Positions 40,264-49,071 of a stretch of 64,000 nt of DNA are shown one piece after another. Source of the DNA: Desulfovibrionaceae bacterium. GTDB lineage: Bacteria > Desulfobacterota > Desulfovibrionia > Desulfovibrionales > Desulfovibrionaceae. The stretch lies in the NCBI GenBank assembly GCA_031551145.1, contig JAVBNZ010000009.1, forward strand, positions 2,824 to 66,823, written 5' to 3'. How positions within the stretch are numbered: the stretch's first letter is position 1; every line of letters begins with the position of its first letter. The notes under the pieces were generated by a model. That model saw only the letters and a list, made by a program, of their open reading frames with translations. It was not told the DNA's origin and searched no databases. The position numbers were made by a program, and so were the translations under genes.

Positions 40264-41438
40264 GGCAGACCGTGTTTATTGAGCTGCTCCATGAAGGGTT
40301 CGGGGTCGAATTCCTCCATGTTCCACACGCCGGGGCGCCTCCACAGGCCCTTGAGCATGAGCATGGCCCCGATCATGGCCGGCACGCCCGTGGTGTAGGA
40401 AATGGCCTGGGAGCCCACTTCGGCGTAACAGGCCTCGTGATCGCAGACGTTATAGATGTATACGGCCTTGGGCCTGCCGTTCTTCACCCCGCGCATGACG
40501 TTGCCGATGCAGGTCTTGCCCTTGGTCAGCGGGCCGAGGGAGGCCGGATCGGGCAACAACGCCTTGAGGAACTGGATGGGCACAATCTCCCTGCCCTGAT
40601 AGAGAACGGGATCGATGCGCGTCATGCCAACGTTGCCCAGCACTTTCAGGTGGTTGAGATAGTTGTCCGAAAAAGTCATCCAGAAGCGGGCGCGTTTGAG
40701 TCCCTTGATGTTGAGCACCAGGGATTCCAGTTCCTCGTGGTACATGAGGAAGCACTTCTTCGGGCCGATGCCGTCCGGAAAATCAAAATTCATGGACCAG
40801 GAAAGCGGATCGGTCTCCACCCACTCGCCGCGTTCCCAATAGCGGCCTTTGGCCGTGACTTCGCGGATGTTGATTTCGGGGTTGAAATTTGTGGCGAAGG
40901 GTTGGCCGTGATCGCCCGCGTTGCAGTCGATGATGTCGAGCACGTGCGCTTCGTCCAACTCGTGCTTCATGACGTAGGCGGCAAAAACGTTGGTGACGCC
41001 GGGATCGAAGCCGCTGCCCAGCAGGGCGGTGAGTCCGGCCTTTTCAAAGCGTTCGCGATAGGCCCATTGCCAGGAGTATTCGAACTTCGCGGTGTCCGGC
41101 GGCTCATAGTTGGCGGTGTCGAGATAATGCACGCCGCATTCCAGGCAGGCGTCCATGATCGAAAGATCCTGGTACGGCAGGGCGATGTTGAGCACCATTT
41201 CGGGCTTGAAGGAACGGATGAGCGCGCAAAGCTCCGCAACATTGTCCGCATCCACGCGGGCGGTGGTCAGTTCACGGCCCGTGCGTCGCTTCACGTCCGC
41301 CGCAATGGCTTCGCACTTCGAATGCGTGCGACCGGCCAGCATGATTTCGGAAAACACCTCCGGCACCTGCGCGCATTTGTGCGCCACCACGGAACCCACA
41401 CCGCCCGCGCCGATGATCAGCACTTTCGACATATCCAC
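40236..41438 (-). CDS. carboxynorspermidine synthase (saccharopine dehydrogenase family)
   Basis: MSKVLIIGAGGVGSVVAHKC Rossmann N-terminus; 400 aa; paired with nspC. Confidence 0.85.
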
Positions 41439-41521
41439 CTCCTAAGAACAGATAAACTTTGAAACGCCCGCTCCGTCGCGGCCGGCGGAAGTAAATTCGG
41501 CGGCCGACGCTTCACGCCGGC

Positions 41522-41556
41522 AGAGCATTTGAACATTTTCAATGGCAAAATGCTCT
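41522..41556 (+). repeat. solo copy of repeat module 3 (AGAGCATTT-N17-AAATGCTCT)
   Basis: The 9-bp stem and the loop core TTTTCAA resemble 58421-58454. It overlaps the TAG stop (41555-41557, minus strand) of the TPR lipoprotein gene. Confidence 0.45.
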
Positions 41557-42133
41557 ACTTGCATTGGCCTTCTTTACGTGCCGCTTCCCGAGGACCGCAG
41601 TCGCCGTATGAACAGCCCTTGTTGAAATATTCGCAGGCAGCTTCGGAATTGCCTGCGCGCCGGGCAAGTTCTCCGCGCAGATTCCAGGCGCGGGGCTGTT
41701 TTGCGTCTTTTGCCAGCACATAGTCCACATCCCGGTGCGCCGCGGCGACGGCGCCGCCCCGCAGAGAGGCAAGCGCCCTGAATGAATAGTTTTCCGTCGT
41801 AGGGGCCAGGCGTATGGCTTTCGTGAGGTCCTCGAAGGCTTCTTCCCGCTTCCCGAGTTCACTGTAGGCCAGGCCGCGCCGGGCGTATGCCTCCGCATAG
41901 TCGGGCTCTTTCGCCGCAACTTCGTTGAGCAGACGCACGGCCTCTTGCGGATCCGAGCAGATGTCGCCTTTCCACAGTACATGAGCCTTGGCGAAAAGCA
42001 ATTCCGCTTCTTCCGAATGCCTGCCCGTCAAGCCCGTAACGTTCTGACCGGATGCAGGCGGGGGGGCCTTCGATCCGCCGCAGCCCGACAGAAGAAAAAG
42101 CAGAAATATCAATGCGGCAGAAACGGTTCGCAT
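41555..42133 (-). CDS. TPR-repeat lipoprotein
   Basis: Lipoprotein signal MRTVSAALIFLLFLLSGC followed by TPR-like repeats (AEAYARRGLAYSELGKREEAFEDLTKAIRL). Confidence 0.75.
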   Translation of the reverse strand: MRTVSAALIFLLFLLSGCGGSKAPPPASGQNVTGLTGRHSEEAELLFAKAHVLWKGDICSDPQEAVRLLNEVAAKEPDYAEAYARRGLAYSELGKREEAFEDLTKAIRLAPTTENYSFRALASLRGGAVAAAHRDVDYVLAKDAKQPRAWNLRGELARRAGNSEAACEYFNKGCSYGDCGPREAARKEGQCK

Positions 42134-42162
42134 ATTTTTCTCTCAGTCTTAGTGGGTTTGAA

Positions 42163-42191
42163 TTGACATTGCATATCTCATTATCAATAAT
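42163..42191 (+). promoter_or_regulatory. sigma-70-like promoter candidate P1: TTGACA-N17-AATAAT
   Basis: TTGACA at 42163-42168, a 17-nt spacer, AATAAT at 42186-42191, within an AT-rich intergenic region. Confidence 0.4.
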
Positions 42192-42228
42192 AAGAATAGT
42201 TCTGGATTCTCGCGCTGCCGAGTTTAAG

Positions 42229-42257
42229 TTGACATTCTATATTTATTTATTAATAAT
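42229..42257 (+). promoter_or_regulatory. sigma-70-like promoter candidate P2: TTGACA-N17-AATAAT (direct repeat of P1, 66 bp downstream)
   Basis: TTGACA at 42229-42234, a 17-nt spacer, AATAAT at 42252-42257, about 70 nt upstream of ATG 42328. Confidence 0.4.
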
Positions 42258-42327
42258 TCGATGCACAGTATCACCTTCCGCATGCTCCAGCTATACGTAT
42301 TCTTTTTCAACCCCGGAGGGAATCGTC

Positions 42328-42762
42328 ATGTTGTTCAGCCGTCATCTCGACAAGATACGTAACTGCAGCGAATTGTTAAAATCTTTTTCCGGTGCGGGCA
42401 ATGAACACCTTTTGGTCCGCGCCGCCTTGAGTCTGTTGGCAAGCGATCCTGCGTTATTCGATAAATGCGTATCAAAACACAACCCTTTTTTGCATGAATT
42501 TCTGGATCATATTGATTTTTCAGATCCCGACCATGTCCCCGACGTCTGCTTCAATCTGTTGGAATGCCTGGCCGTGATTTTCCGCGAAAAGGAACTCCGC
42601 ATGCCGTACGTGCCCCAGCAGCCAGAAGAGCGGGATCTGCTCAGGTATTTTGAACAATGCGGCGAATGGCTGCCGGACGACGAACATATGGTTTCCCACT
42701 GGTACTGGCGGCACCTGCCCGAACAGTTCGGCGCGCCCCGGCATTCTTCCGCGCTGCACTGA
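42328..42762 (+). CDS. hypothetical protein (144 aa, acidic, no recognised domain)
   Basis: ORF 42052-42762 trimmed to ATG 42328, which is preceded by GGAGGGAATCGTC. The upstream part of the track ORF runs through the AT-rich intergenic region and the divergent gene start. Confidence 0.55.
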   Translation: MLFSRHLDKIRNCSELLKSFSGAGNEHLLVRAALSLLASDPALFDKCVSKHNPFLHEFLDHIDFSDPDHVPDVCFNLLECLAVIFREKELRMPYVPQQPEERDLLRYFEQCGEWLPDDEHMVSHWYWRHLPEQFGAPRHSSALH

Positions 42763-42766
42763 GTTC

Positions 42767-44311
42767 TTACAACCCCAACACAAGGCGGCTGGAAACCGCC
42801 ACCTGATACAGCACCAGGGCCACGTCTTTGATCGCCTGCATGGTTTTCGACTCCACCTTGGGCAGCACGAGAATCTGATCGCCGGGCGCCACGTCCACGT
42901 CCTCCGAGCGCAGCACCGCGCCATTGCGGCGCATGATGAGGCTTGAGGAGGTATCCGCCCTTCTGGAATATCCACCCGCGCCCTTGATGTAGTCACCGAA
43001 TTTCTTGTCCTTGCTCCAGATCATGGCCTGGGGCACCTGTACCTCGCCGCTGACCATGACGACGTCGCTCTTTTCCGGCACCACGATGACGTCGCCGTCT
43101 TCCAGAGTCAGGTCGGCGTTGTCCACCACCACTATGCCTTCCGGCTCGACAGATTTGGCCCGTTCGACGAACTTCGACAGCATTTCCGCCTCTTTGGCGC
43201 GGATTTGCGCTTCTTCAGCGCTGGAGGAGGTGGCGGTGAAGGCCGTCTGCTCCAGGCGCTGCAGGGCCTCGGCCACGGCTTTTTTCTGGCGTTCGGCGAC
43301 ACTTTTGCGCTTGATGTGGATGGAGCGCAGATCGGCACGGCCCGGTTCCACGGCGATGTATTTGCGCACGTCGTTCAGCGTTGCGCCGCGCCGCACGGGA
43401 AAGCGGGACGCACCGCGCACCGCGCCCTGCACCTGCACCATGATGGTGTTGCTTGCGGCATCGGCCGTGAACGTAATTTTGTCTCCGTCCTCCAGCTTCA
43501 GAGAGCGGAAGGAGGAAAGAGGCACGTAGGTGGTGTAGGTCGTCCCTTTGCGCATGCCGTTCAGGGTGATGTGCGTCGCCCGGCTGGTCGGCTCCGCCAG
43601 GGCCGTGAGCGCCGCGCCCGTGGCCTCGCCGGGCAGGAATTCGAAGCGCGCCGGAACGCGCACCTCGCCGGAGGCCTCCATCGTGGGCCCGCGCTCATCC
43701 ACCACCAGGGTGTCGCCCTCATGCAGGCGCACCGGGAGCATGATGCCCTTTTGCGCAAAGGGATAGAGATCAAGCCGTTCCACGGTCTCCCCGCCGCGCA
43801 GGAGGCGAATGGAGCGATAGGATCCCCGCGCGGGATCGATGCCGCCCGCCTTGTCCAGAAAAGCCGGCAGCGCATCGCTCGGCAGGCCGGTGTAGCGGCC
43901 CGGCTTCTGCACTGCCCCGGTCACAAAGACGGCCACGGGGCGGGTATCCAGCGGCGCGATATAAATCTGCGTCCCTTCCCCGCCGGCGGCCGCCAGTTTG
44001 CTCTTCAGGGCTTCGCCCAGCTTGTCGTGAGTCAGCCCGGCCACGGGAATGACGAGAGAGGGGCTGTTCTGATCCTCAGGCAACGCAATGTTGCCCTGCG
44101 CATCGACAACCAGGGTGCCGTCAAAAACTCGGCCGCCCCAAAGGCGCAACACCACGCGGTCTCCGGGTTCGAGCACCGGGGTTTCCGTGCCTCGGCCCTT
44201 GGCGAAATTGCCCTGAAAAAGATTGGCCGCGAAGGGATCGGCCGCCTGCGCGGCCGCGGCGGACAGCAGAATAAGCGCTGCAAGCACAAGAAAGCGGATC
44301 GTATGGATCAT
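42767..44311 (-). CDS. polysaccharide export periplasmic protein (Poly_export plus multiple SLBB domains, Wza-related)
   Basis: Signal peptide ...SAAAAQA, N-terminal export motif region (GDRVVLRLWG), repeated beta-grasp SLBB-like segments; 514 aa. Confidence 0.8.
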   Translation of the reverse strand: MIHTIRFLVLAALILLSAAAAQAADPFAANLFQGNFAKGRGTETPVLEPGDRVVLRLWGGRVFDGTLVVDAQGNIALPEDQNSPSLVIPVAGLTHDKLGEALKSKLAAAGGEGTQIYIAPLDTRPVAVFVTGAVQKPGRYTGLPSDALPAFLDKAGGIDPARGSYRSIRLLRGGETVERLDLYPFAQKGIMLPVRLHEGDTLVVDERGPTMEASGEVRVPARFEFLPGEATGAALTALAEPTSRATHITLNGMRKGTTYTTYVPLSSFRSLKLEDGDKITFTADAASNTIMVQVQGAVRGASRFPVRRGATLNDVRKYIAVEPGRADLRSIHIKRKSVAERQKKAVAEALQRLEQTAFTATSSSAEEAQIRAKEAEMLSKFVERAKSVEPEGIVVVDNADLTLEDGDVIVVPEKSDVVMVSGEVQVPQAMIWSKDKKFGDYIKGAGGYSRRADTSSSLIMRRNGAVLRSEDVDVAPGDQILVLPKVESKTMQAIKDVALVLYQVAVSSRLVLGL

Positions 44312-44358
44312 GACGTCTTTTTAAGATATGCGGGGTGGACGGGAAATAAACAGCCAAA

Positions 44359-44697
44359 CTATCTGATGCCCTGGCCCAGAATGCGCGGGGCCGTCTTCCA
44401 AGGCTGATCGGCGGAGGCGCGGCAGATGACGACCATTTCCGCTTCCCGCCCCCGCGCGACCACCGTTGCCCGGCGGCAGTCCTCCCCGCTTGCGGAGGTG
44501 AACGGCCCTTCCTGGGCAACGTGCAGATCCGCTCCGAATTCCGGATCGTCCAGCACGGTTCCGGCCCCCGGCTCGGCGGAAGCCATAAAGGTCGCCAGGG
44601 GGGAAAGGGGTTCGGGCGGCGGCGGGGGCGCGGAACCGAAACAGGCGGCCGTCAGGCAGCTTGTTCCCAGCAAAATGTACCGTATGCAGCGCGTCAT
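44359..44697 (-). CDS. small putative lipoprotein
   Basis: MTRCIRYILLGTSCLTAAC lipobox followed by a Pro-rich linker; 112 aa. No family recognised. Confidence 0.6.
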   Translation of the reverse strand: MTRCIRYILLGTSCLTAACFGSAPPPPPEPLSPLATFMASAEPGAGTVLDDPEFGADLHVAQEGPFTSASGEDCRRATVVARGREAEMVVICRASADQPWKTAPRILGQGIR

Positions 44698-44761
44698 TAT
44701 CGGCCTCGCAAAGGAAAAATTCGGGCAGTAACCATACGCCTTGCCCCTCCCCCTGTCTATA

Positions 44762-45586
44762 TCACATCTTCCGCGCCAGGGCGCTTACCAAGCGCGTCAG
44801 CGTGCCGGAAGCCCGCTGCGCGGCCTCGATGATTTCCTCGATGCTCGTCGCGCCCATGCAGTCCGGCAGGTTTTTGTTGCTCAGACAGGAAAGCCCCAGA
44901 ACGCGCATGCCCATATGCCGGGCCGCGATGACCTCCAGCACCGTGGACATGCCCACGGCGTCCGCCCCGGCCAGGCGGAGCATGCGGGTGTGGGCCGGCG
45001 TTTCCAGTTCCGGGCCCGGCACGCCCGCATACACCCCGCGCTCCAGGCGTATGCCGGCGGATCTCGCTTCTTTCAGGGCCAGGGCAATAAGTTCCTGATC
45101 ATACACGGCGCTCATGTCGGGAAAACGCGGCCCCCAGGCTTCAATGTTTGGACCGCTCAGCGGGCTTTGGCCCGTGCAGTTGATGTGATCGGTGATCAGC
45201 ATCAGGTCGCCGGCATCCCATTGCGGGTTCAGGCAGCCGGCGGCGTTGGTGATCATCAGAATTTCCGCTCCGATCAGCCGCATGACCCGCACCCCAGCGC
45301 AGACCTGCGACGAGCTGTAGCCCTCGTACAAATGGCAACGGCCCTGCTGGAGGAGTACGGGCGTTGTGCCCGCATAGGCGGCAATAAAGCGCCCTTCGTG
45401 GGATGCGACCGTGGAAAGCGGTACGCCCGGCAAATCCTCAAAGGGCACAACGGAGACGCTTTCAAAACTTTTCGCCAGTTCGCCGAGCCCGGTGCCGCAG
45501 ACCAGGGCCGCACGCGGACGGAAGGCGGGAGGCAGCTTTGCCGCCAGGCAGGCAGCCGCGCGCTGGACTTCTTCATAATTTTGCAT
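44762..45586 (-). CDS. purine nucleoside phosphorylase (PNP family 2 / inosine-guanosine type)
   Basis: ORF 44762-45676 trimmed to ATG 45586 (MQNYEEVQRAA...). GRCHLYEGY, ITNAAGCLNP, GVYAGVPGPELETPAH, VGMSTVLEV. Confidence 0.88.
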   Translation of the reverse strand: MQNYEEVQRAAACLAAKLPPAFRPRAALVCGTGLGELAKSFESVSVVPFEDLPGVPLSTVASHEGRFIAAYAGTTPVLLQQGRCHLYEGYSSSQVCAGVRVMRLIGAEILMITNAAGCLNPQWDAGDLMLITDHINCTGQSPLSGPNIEAWGPRFPDMSAVYDQELIALALKEARSAGIRLERGVYAGVPGPELETPAHTRMLRLAGADAVGMSTVLEVIAARHMGMRVLGLSCLSNKNLPDCMGATSIEEIIEAAQRASGTLTRLVSALARKM

Positions 45587-45663
45587 GATACTGCCTTGTT
45601 TGGAAATATCCCGCAATATGCGCTTTCCGCGAAATATACCGGAGGCGGCCTCAAGGAGCAAGA

Positions 45664-46419
45664 GTGGACACAGCAACCCTGGTAGGCATTATTGCCGGGC
45701 TCGGTTTGGCGATCGGAGCCGTTTTTCTCGGCCCCGCACCGGGAAAATTCCTGGATCTGCCCGGCCTGATGATCGTGCTCGGCGGAACCTGGGCGGCCGG
45801 CATGGCGGCATTTTCCTTTGCGGACGTGCGGCAGGCCGTGCGCGCGGGCATACGGGTCTTCGCTTCCAGGGGAAACAGCATCGAGGACGCGACGGCAACC
45901 ATGGTACGCATTGCGGAAATCAGCCGCAAAGAAGGTCTTTTGGCGCTGGAAAATATCCACACCCCCAACCCCGTTCTGAAAAAAGCCGTGGAACTCATCG
46001 CCGGCAACGCCGAACCCGAGCTTATCCGCGACACGCTGGCCATAGAAATTCTGTCCATGAAACGCCGGCACAACGTTGCCGTCAACGTGTTCATGCGTCT
46101 GGCGACCTTCGCCCCGGCCGTGGGCATGCTCGGCACGCTCATCGGGCTTATGCAGATGCTCGGCAACCTGAAAGATCCGGACGCGCTCGGCCACGGCATG
46201 GCGGTGGCCCTGCTTGCCGCCTTTTACGGCTGCCTGCTTTCCACTCTGGTTTTTCTGCCCGTAGCCGGCAGGCTCAAGGCGCGCAGCATGCAGGAAGAGC
46301 AGCAACTGACCGTGATTTTCGAAGGCGCCAGATGCATTCTGGAGAACAACAACCCGCGGCTGGTCCACGAAAAGCTTTCCTCCTTCCTGCCGCCCAAGGA
46401 TCGCGTCCGTGTTCCGTAA
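45664..46419 (+). CDS. motA: flagellar stator protein MotA (MotA/TolQ/ExbB channel family)
   Basis: GTG start after AAGGAG. Four TM segments and a conserved C-terminal channel region (GMLGTLIGLMQML, ALLAAFYGCLLS). Confidence 0.88.
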   Translation: MDTATLVGIIAGLGLAIGAVFLGPAPGKFLDLPGLMIVLGGTWAAGMAAFSFADVRQAVRAGIRVFASRGNSIEDATATMVRIAEISRKEGLLALENIHTPNPVLKKAVELIAGNAEPELIRDTLAIEILSMKRRHNVAVNVFMRLATFAPAVGMLGTLIGLMQMLGNLKDPDALGHGMAVALLAAFYGCLLSTLVFLPVAGRLKARSMQEEQQLTVIFEGARCILENNNPRLVHEKLSSFLPPKDRVRVP

Positions 46420-47137
46420 CGATCTCCACAACGCCGAAACCATGGACGACATCGGCGGGGAGCGGACACTACTGTTCACCCATGCCGGCCTGTGCATGCT
46501 TTTGCTGGTTTTCTTCGTCATGCTTTTCGCCCTGTCCGGCATTGACGCAACCCGCTTTGAAGAATCCTTCGGGGCCGTCAGAAGCGCCATGGGGGGTGAC
46601 GCCGGAGACATGCCGCGCGTACAGGCACGCGATGCCGAAGACGCGCGGGACAAGCTGCGCAGGCAGCTTCTGGAGGCCCAGACCCGCAGTTGCAACGCCG
46701 TGCGGAGCTTCGTCGCGCAGAACGGCCTGGAAGACGTTGTGGGCGTCACACAGGAAGAAGGCGGCATCATCCTGCGCCTGCCCGTCGATCTGCTGTTCGC
46801 CTCCGGTTCGGACGCCGTGCTGCCCGAGGGGCTCAAAACCCTGCAACCGCTGAAAGATATTTTCGTGATGCAGCGAGAACAAAACATCAACATCCGCTGC
46901 TTTACAGACGACACCCCCCCGTCCGCCGGGGAACGCTTCAGGGATAATTGGGAACTTTCCTCCCTGCGGGCCGTCCATATCTTGCGTCATTTGCTCGCTC
47001 AGGGTATTGAACCGGGGCGGCTGACAGCCACGGGCTTCGGCGGGCTTGAGCCTCTTTTCCCCAACACCACGGAAGAAAACCGCGCCGGGAACAGACGCGT
47101 GGAATTCGTTCTGGAGCGGCGCATGCACAGAGACTGA
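46409..47137 (+). CDS. motB: flagellar stator protein MotB (OmpA-like peptidoglycan-binding domain)
   Basis: N-terminal TM (LCMLLLVFFVMLF) and an OmpA-like C-terminus (NWELSSLRAVHILRHL, NRAGNRRVEFVL). GTG 46409 overlaps the motA end; ATG 46442 is an alternative. Confidence 0.85.
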   Translation: MFRNDLHNAETMDDIGGERTLLFTHAGLCMLLLVFFVMLFALSGIDATRFEESFGAVRSAMGGDAGDMPRVQARDAEDARDKLRRQLLEAQTRSCNAVRSFVAQNGLEDVVGVTQEEGGIILRLPVDLLFASGSDAVLPEGLKTLQPLKDIFVMQREQNINIRCFTDDTPPSAGERFRDNWELSSLRAVHILRHLLAQGIEPGRLTATGFGGLEPLFPNTTEENRAGNRRVEFVLERRMHRD

Positions 47138-47216
47138 CGCGTCTAAAGCCCCTCCGCCCCGCCGCTGCTGCATGCGGCGCACAGCACCGGCCGCGCCGCG
47201 CTTCGAGGATTTTTTT

Positions 47217-47615
47217 ATGGATGACGACAAACTTTACGACAGTCTGGATTTTCATTTCGAAAGCACATCTCCCCTCCAGAGGGGCAGTTTTCGGGTGGCG
47301 GTGCGCGGTCTGCGCCTGCATGTGAACGATCTGCGGCAGTCGTATCCCGTACGCGACTTGAGCGCCGGCGGATGCAGCCTGAACGCGCCGGCGCGCGATT
47401 TCGCCCTGCGCCGCATACTCACGGCGGATCTTCATGTCGGCGACACGCCCTACATGGAGGGACTGACGCTCAAGACAGTCCGCCACATCGAGGAAAACAT
47501 CGTGGCCTGCGCCTTTCAGTCCATCAGCCTCAAACAGGAATATGCCCTCGACAAACTCCTGCTGGAAATGCAAAAACGCAGCATTGCGGCCCGCGCGCGC
47601 GGCGCGAACCTATAA
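47217..47615 (+). CDS. stand-alone PilZ-domain protein (c-di-GMP receptor candidate)
   Basis: ORF 47046-47615 trimmed to ATG 47217. PilZ motifs RGSFR (RxxxR) and DLSAGG (D/NxSxxG); 132 aa. Confidence 0.75.
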   Translation: MDDDKLYDSLDFHFESTSPLQRGSFRVAVRGLRLHVNDLRQSYPVRDLSAGGCSLNAPARDFALRRILTADLHVGDTPYMEGLTLKTVRHIEENIVACAFQSISLKQEYALDKLLLEMQKRSIAARARGANL

Positions 47616-47624
47616 GGAAGACTC

Positions 47625-49052
47625 ATGCCCCTGAATTCGGCCCTGCAATCCCACAAAGTGCTCATCGCAAACCGGGGCGAGATAGCCGTGCGCATCGCTT
47701 CGGCCTGCCGCAGGCTCGGCCTGCCCTTTGTCTGCATTTATACGGCGGAGGACGCCGCCTCCGGGCACGTGCGCTTTGCCGAAAAATACGGGGGGGATCG
47801 CAGCCTGTACCGCGTCTCCTCCTACCACGACGCCAACGAAATCATGGCCGTAGCCGACGCCGCCGAGGCCGACGCCGTACACCCCGGCTACGGCTTTTTC
47901 GCCGAGGATTTCCGCTTTGCCAGGCGCGTGACCAAGCGCGGACGCAAGCTTATCTTCATCGGCCCTTCCTGGAAAATCATCCGCGAACTGGGCGACAAGA
48001 TCAACACGAAACGCCTGGCGCGCAGCCTGGGCGTGCCCACCGTGCCCGGCTCGGATCGTCCCATCTACGACGAGATGGAAGCCGAGCAGATCGCCCGCAG
48101 TATTTTCGAGTTTCAGGAGCAAACGGGCATCCGTCGTCCGCTCGTGCTGGTCAAAGCTTCGGCCGGCGGCGGCGGCATGGGCATAGAAGAGGTTTATGAT
48201 CTCGATCAGTTCCGCTCCGTCTACCGCCGCATACGCAACTACGCCCTGCGCCAGTTCAAGGACGAGGGTGTGCTTATCGAACAGCGCATCACGGACTTCA
48301 ATCACCTGGAAGTGCAGGTGGTCAGCGACCGCAAGGGCCGCAACCCCGTGCACTTCGGCACCCGCAACTGCACCGTGCAGTCCACAGGCCTGCAAAAACG
48401 TATCGAGGTCGCGCCCGGCTTCGATCCCTCCTCGCTTGCCTACAACTTTGACGCCGCGCAGGTGCTGGAGGACATTATCCGGCATTCGCTCGCCATGGCC
48501 CGTCAGGTGGGGTACGACAACGTCGGCACCTGGGAATGGATAGTCACCCGCAGGGGCGAACCCTTTCTTATGGAAGTCAACACCCGCATCCAGGTGGAAA
48601 ACGGCGTTTCCGCCCGCATCGCCCGGGTGCACGGCGAAGAGGTCGACCTGATCGCCGAACAGATCCGCATCGGTCTGGGCGAGCCGCTGGGCTACAGCCA
48701 GCACGATATTGAATTCGACGGCGTGGCCGTAGAATACCGCCTGATCGCGGAAGATCCGGAAAACGGCTTCACCCCCTGGGTGGGACGCATCGATGCCTTT
48801 TCCTGGCGCGACACCCCCTGGCTGTCCATGCACACCCATGTGCCCACCAAGGAATCCTATCAGATTCCCACCGAATTTGATCCCAACCTGGCGCTGGCCA
48901 TTGTTTGGGGCCGCAATCTCGAAGAAGCCAAGCAGCGGGGTCTGGAGTTTCTGCGCAACCTGAAGCTGTCGGGCAAAAACCCCGCCGGCGAGGCGCTGAA
49001 ATCCAACGTCGCCTTTCTTACCGCCAACACCGAACGCCTGCTGCGTTTCTAA
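47625..49052 (+). CDS. accC: biotin carboxylase (ATP-grasp) subunit of an acetyl/acyl-CoA carboxylase
   Basis: KVLIANRGEIAVRI, HPGYGFFAEDFRFA, ATP-grasp core, MEVNTRIQVENGV. Confidence 0.92.
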   Translation: MPLNSALQSHKVLIANRGEIAVRIASACRRLGLPFVCIYTAEDAASGHVRFAEKYGGDRSLYRVSSYHDANEIMAVADAAEADAVHPGYGFFAEDFRFARRVTKRGRKLIFIGPSWKIIRELGDKINTKRLARSLGVPTVPGSDRPIYDEMEAEQIARSIFEFQEQTGIRRPLVLVKASAGGGGMGIEEVYDLDQFRSVYRRIRNYALRQFKDEGVLIEQRITDFNHLEVQVVSDRKGRNPVHFGTRNCTVQSTGLQKRIEVAPGFDPSSLAYNFDAAQVLEDIIRHSLAMARQVGYDNVGTWEWIVTRRGEPFLMEVNTRIQVENGVSARIARVHGEEVDLIAEQIRIGLGEPLGYSQHDIEFDGVAVEYRLIAEDPENGFTPWVGRIDAFSWRDTPWLSMHTHVPTKESYQIPTEFDPNLALAIVWGRNLEEAKQRGLEFLRNLKLSGKNPAGEALKSNVAFLTANTERLLRF

Positions 49053-49071
49053 GCTCGGATAAAGGCCGAAC

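Noticed and set aside
45600-45616. A sigma-54-like box TGGAAATATCCCGCAA upstream of motA.
   Set aside because: The GG-to-GC spacing is 9 nt, not the required 10, so it does not fit the -24/-12 geometry.
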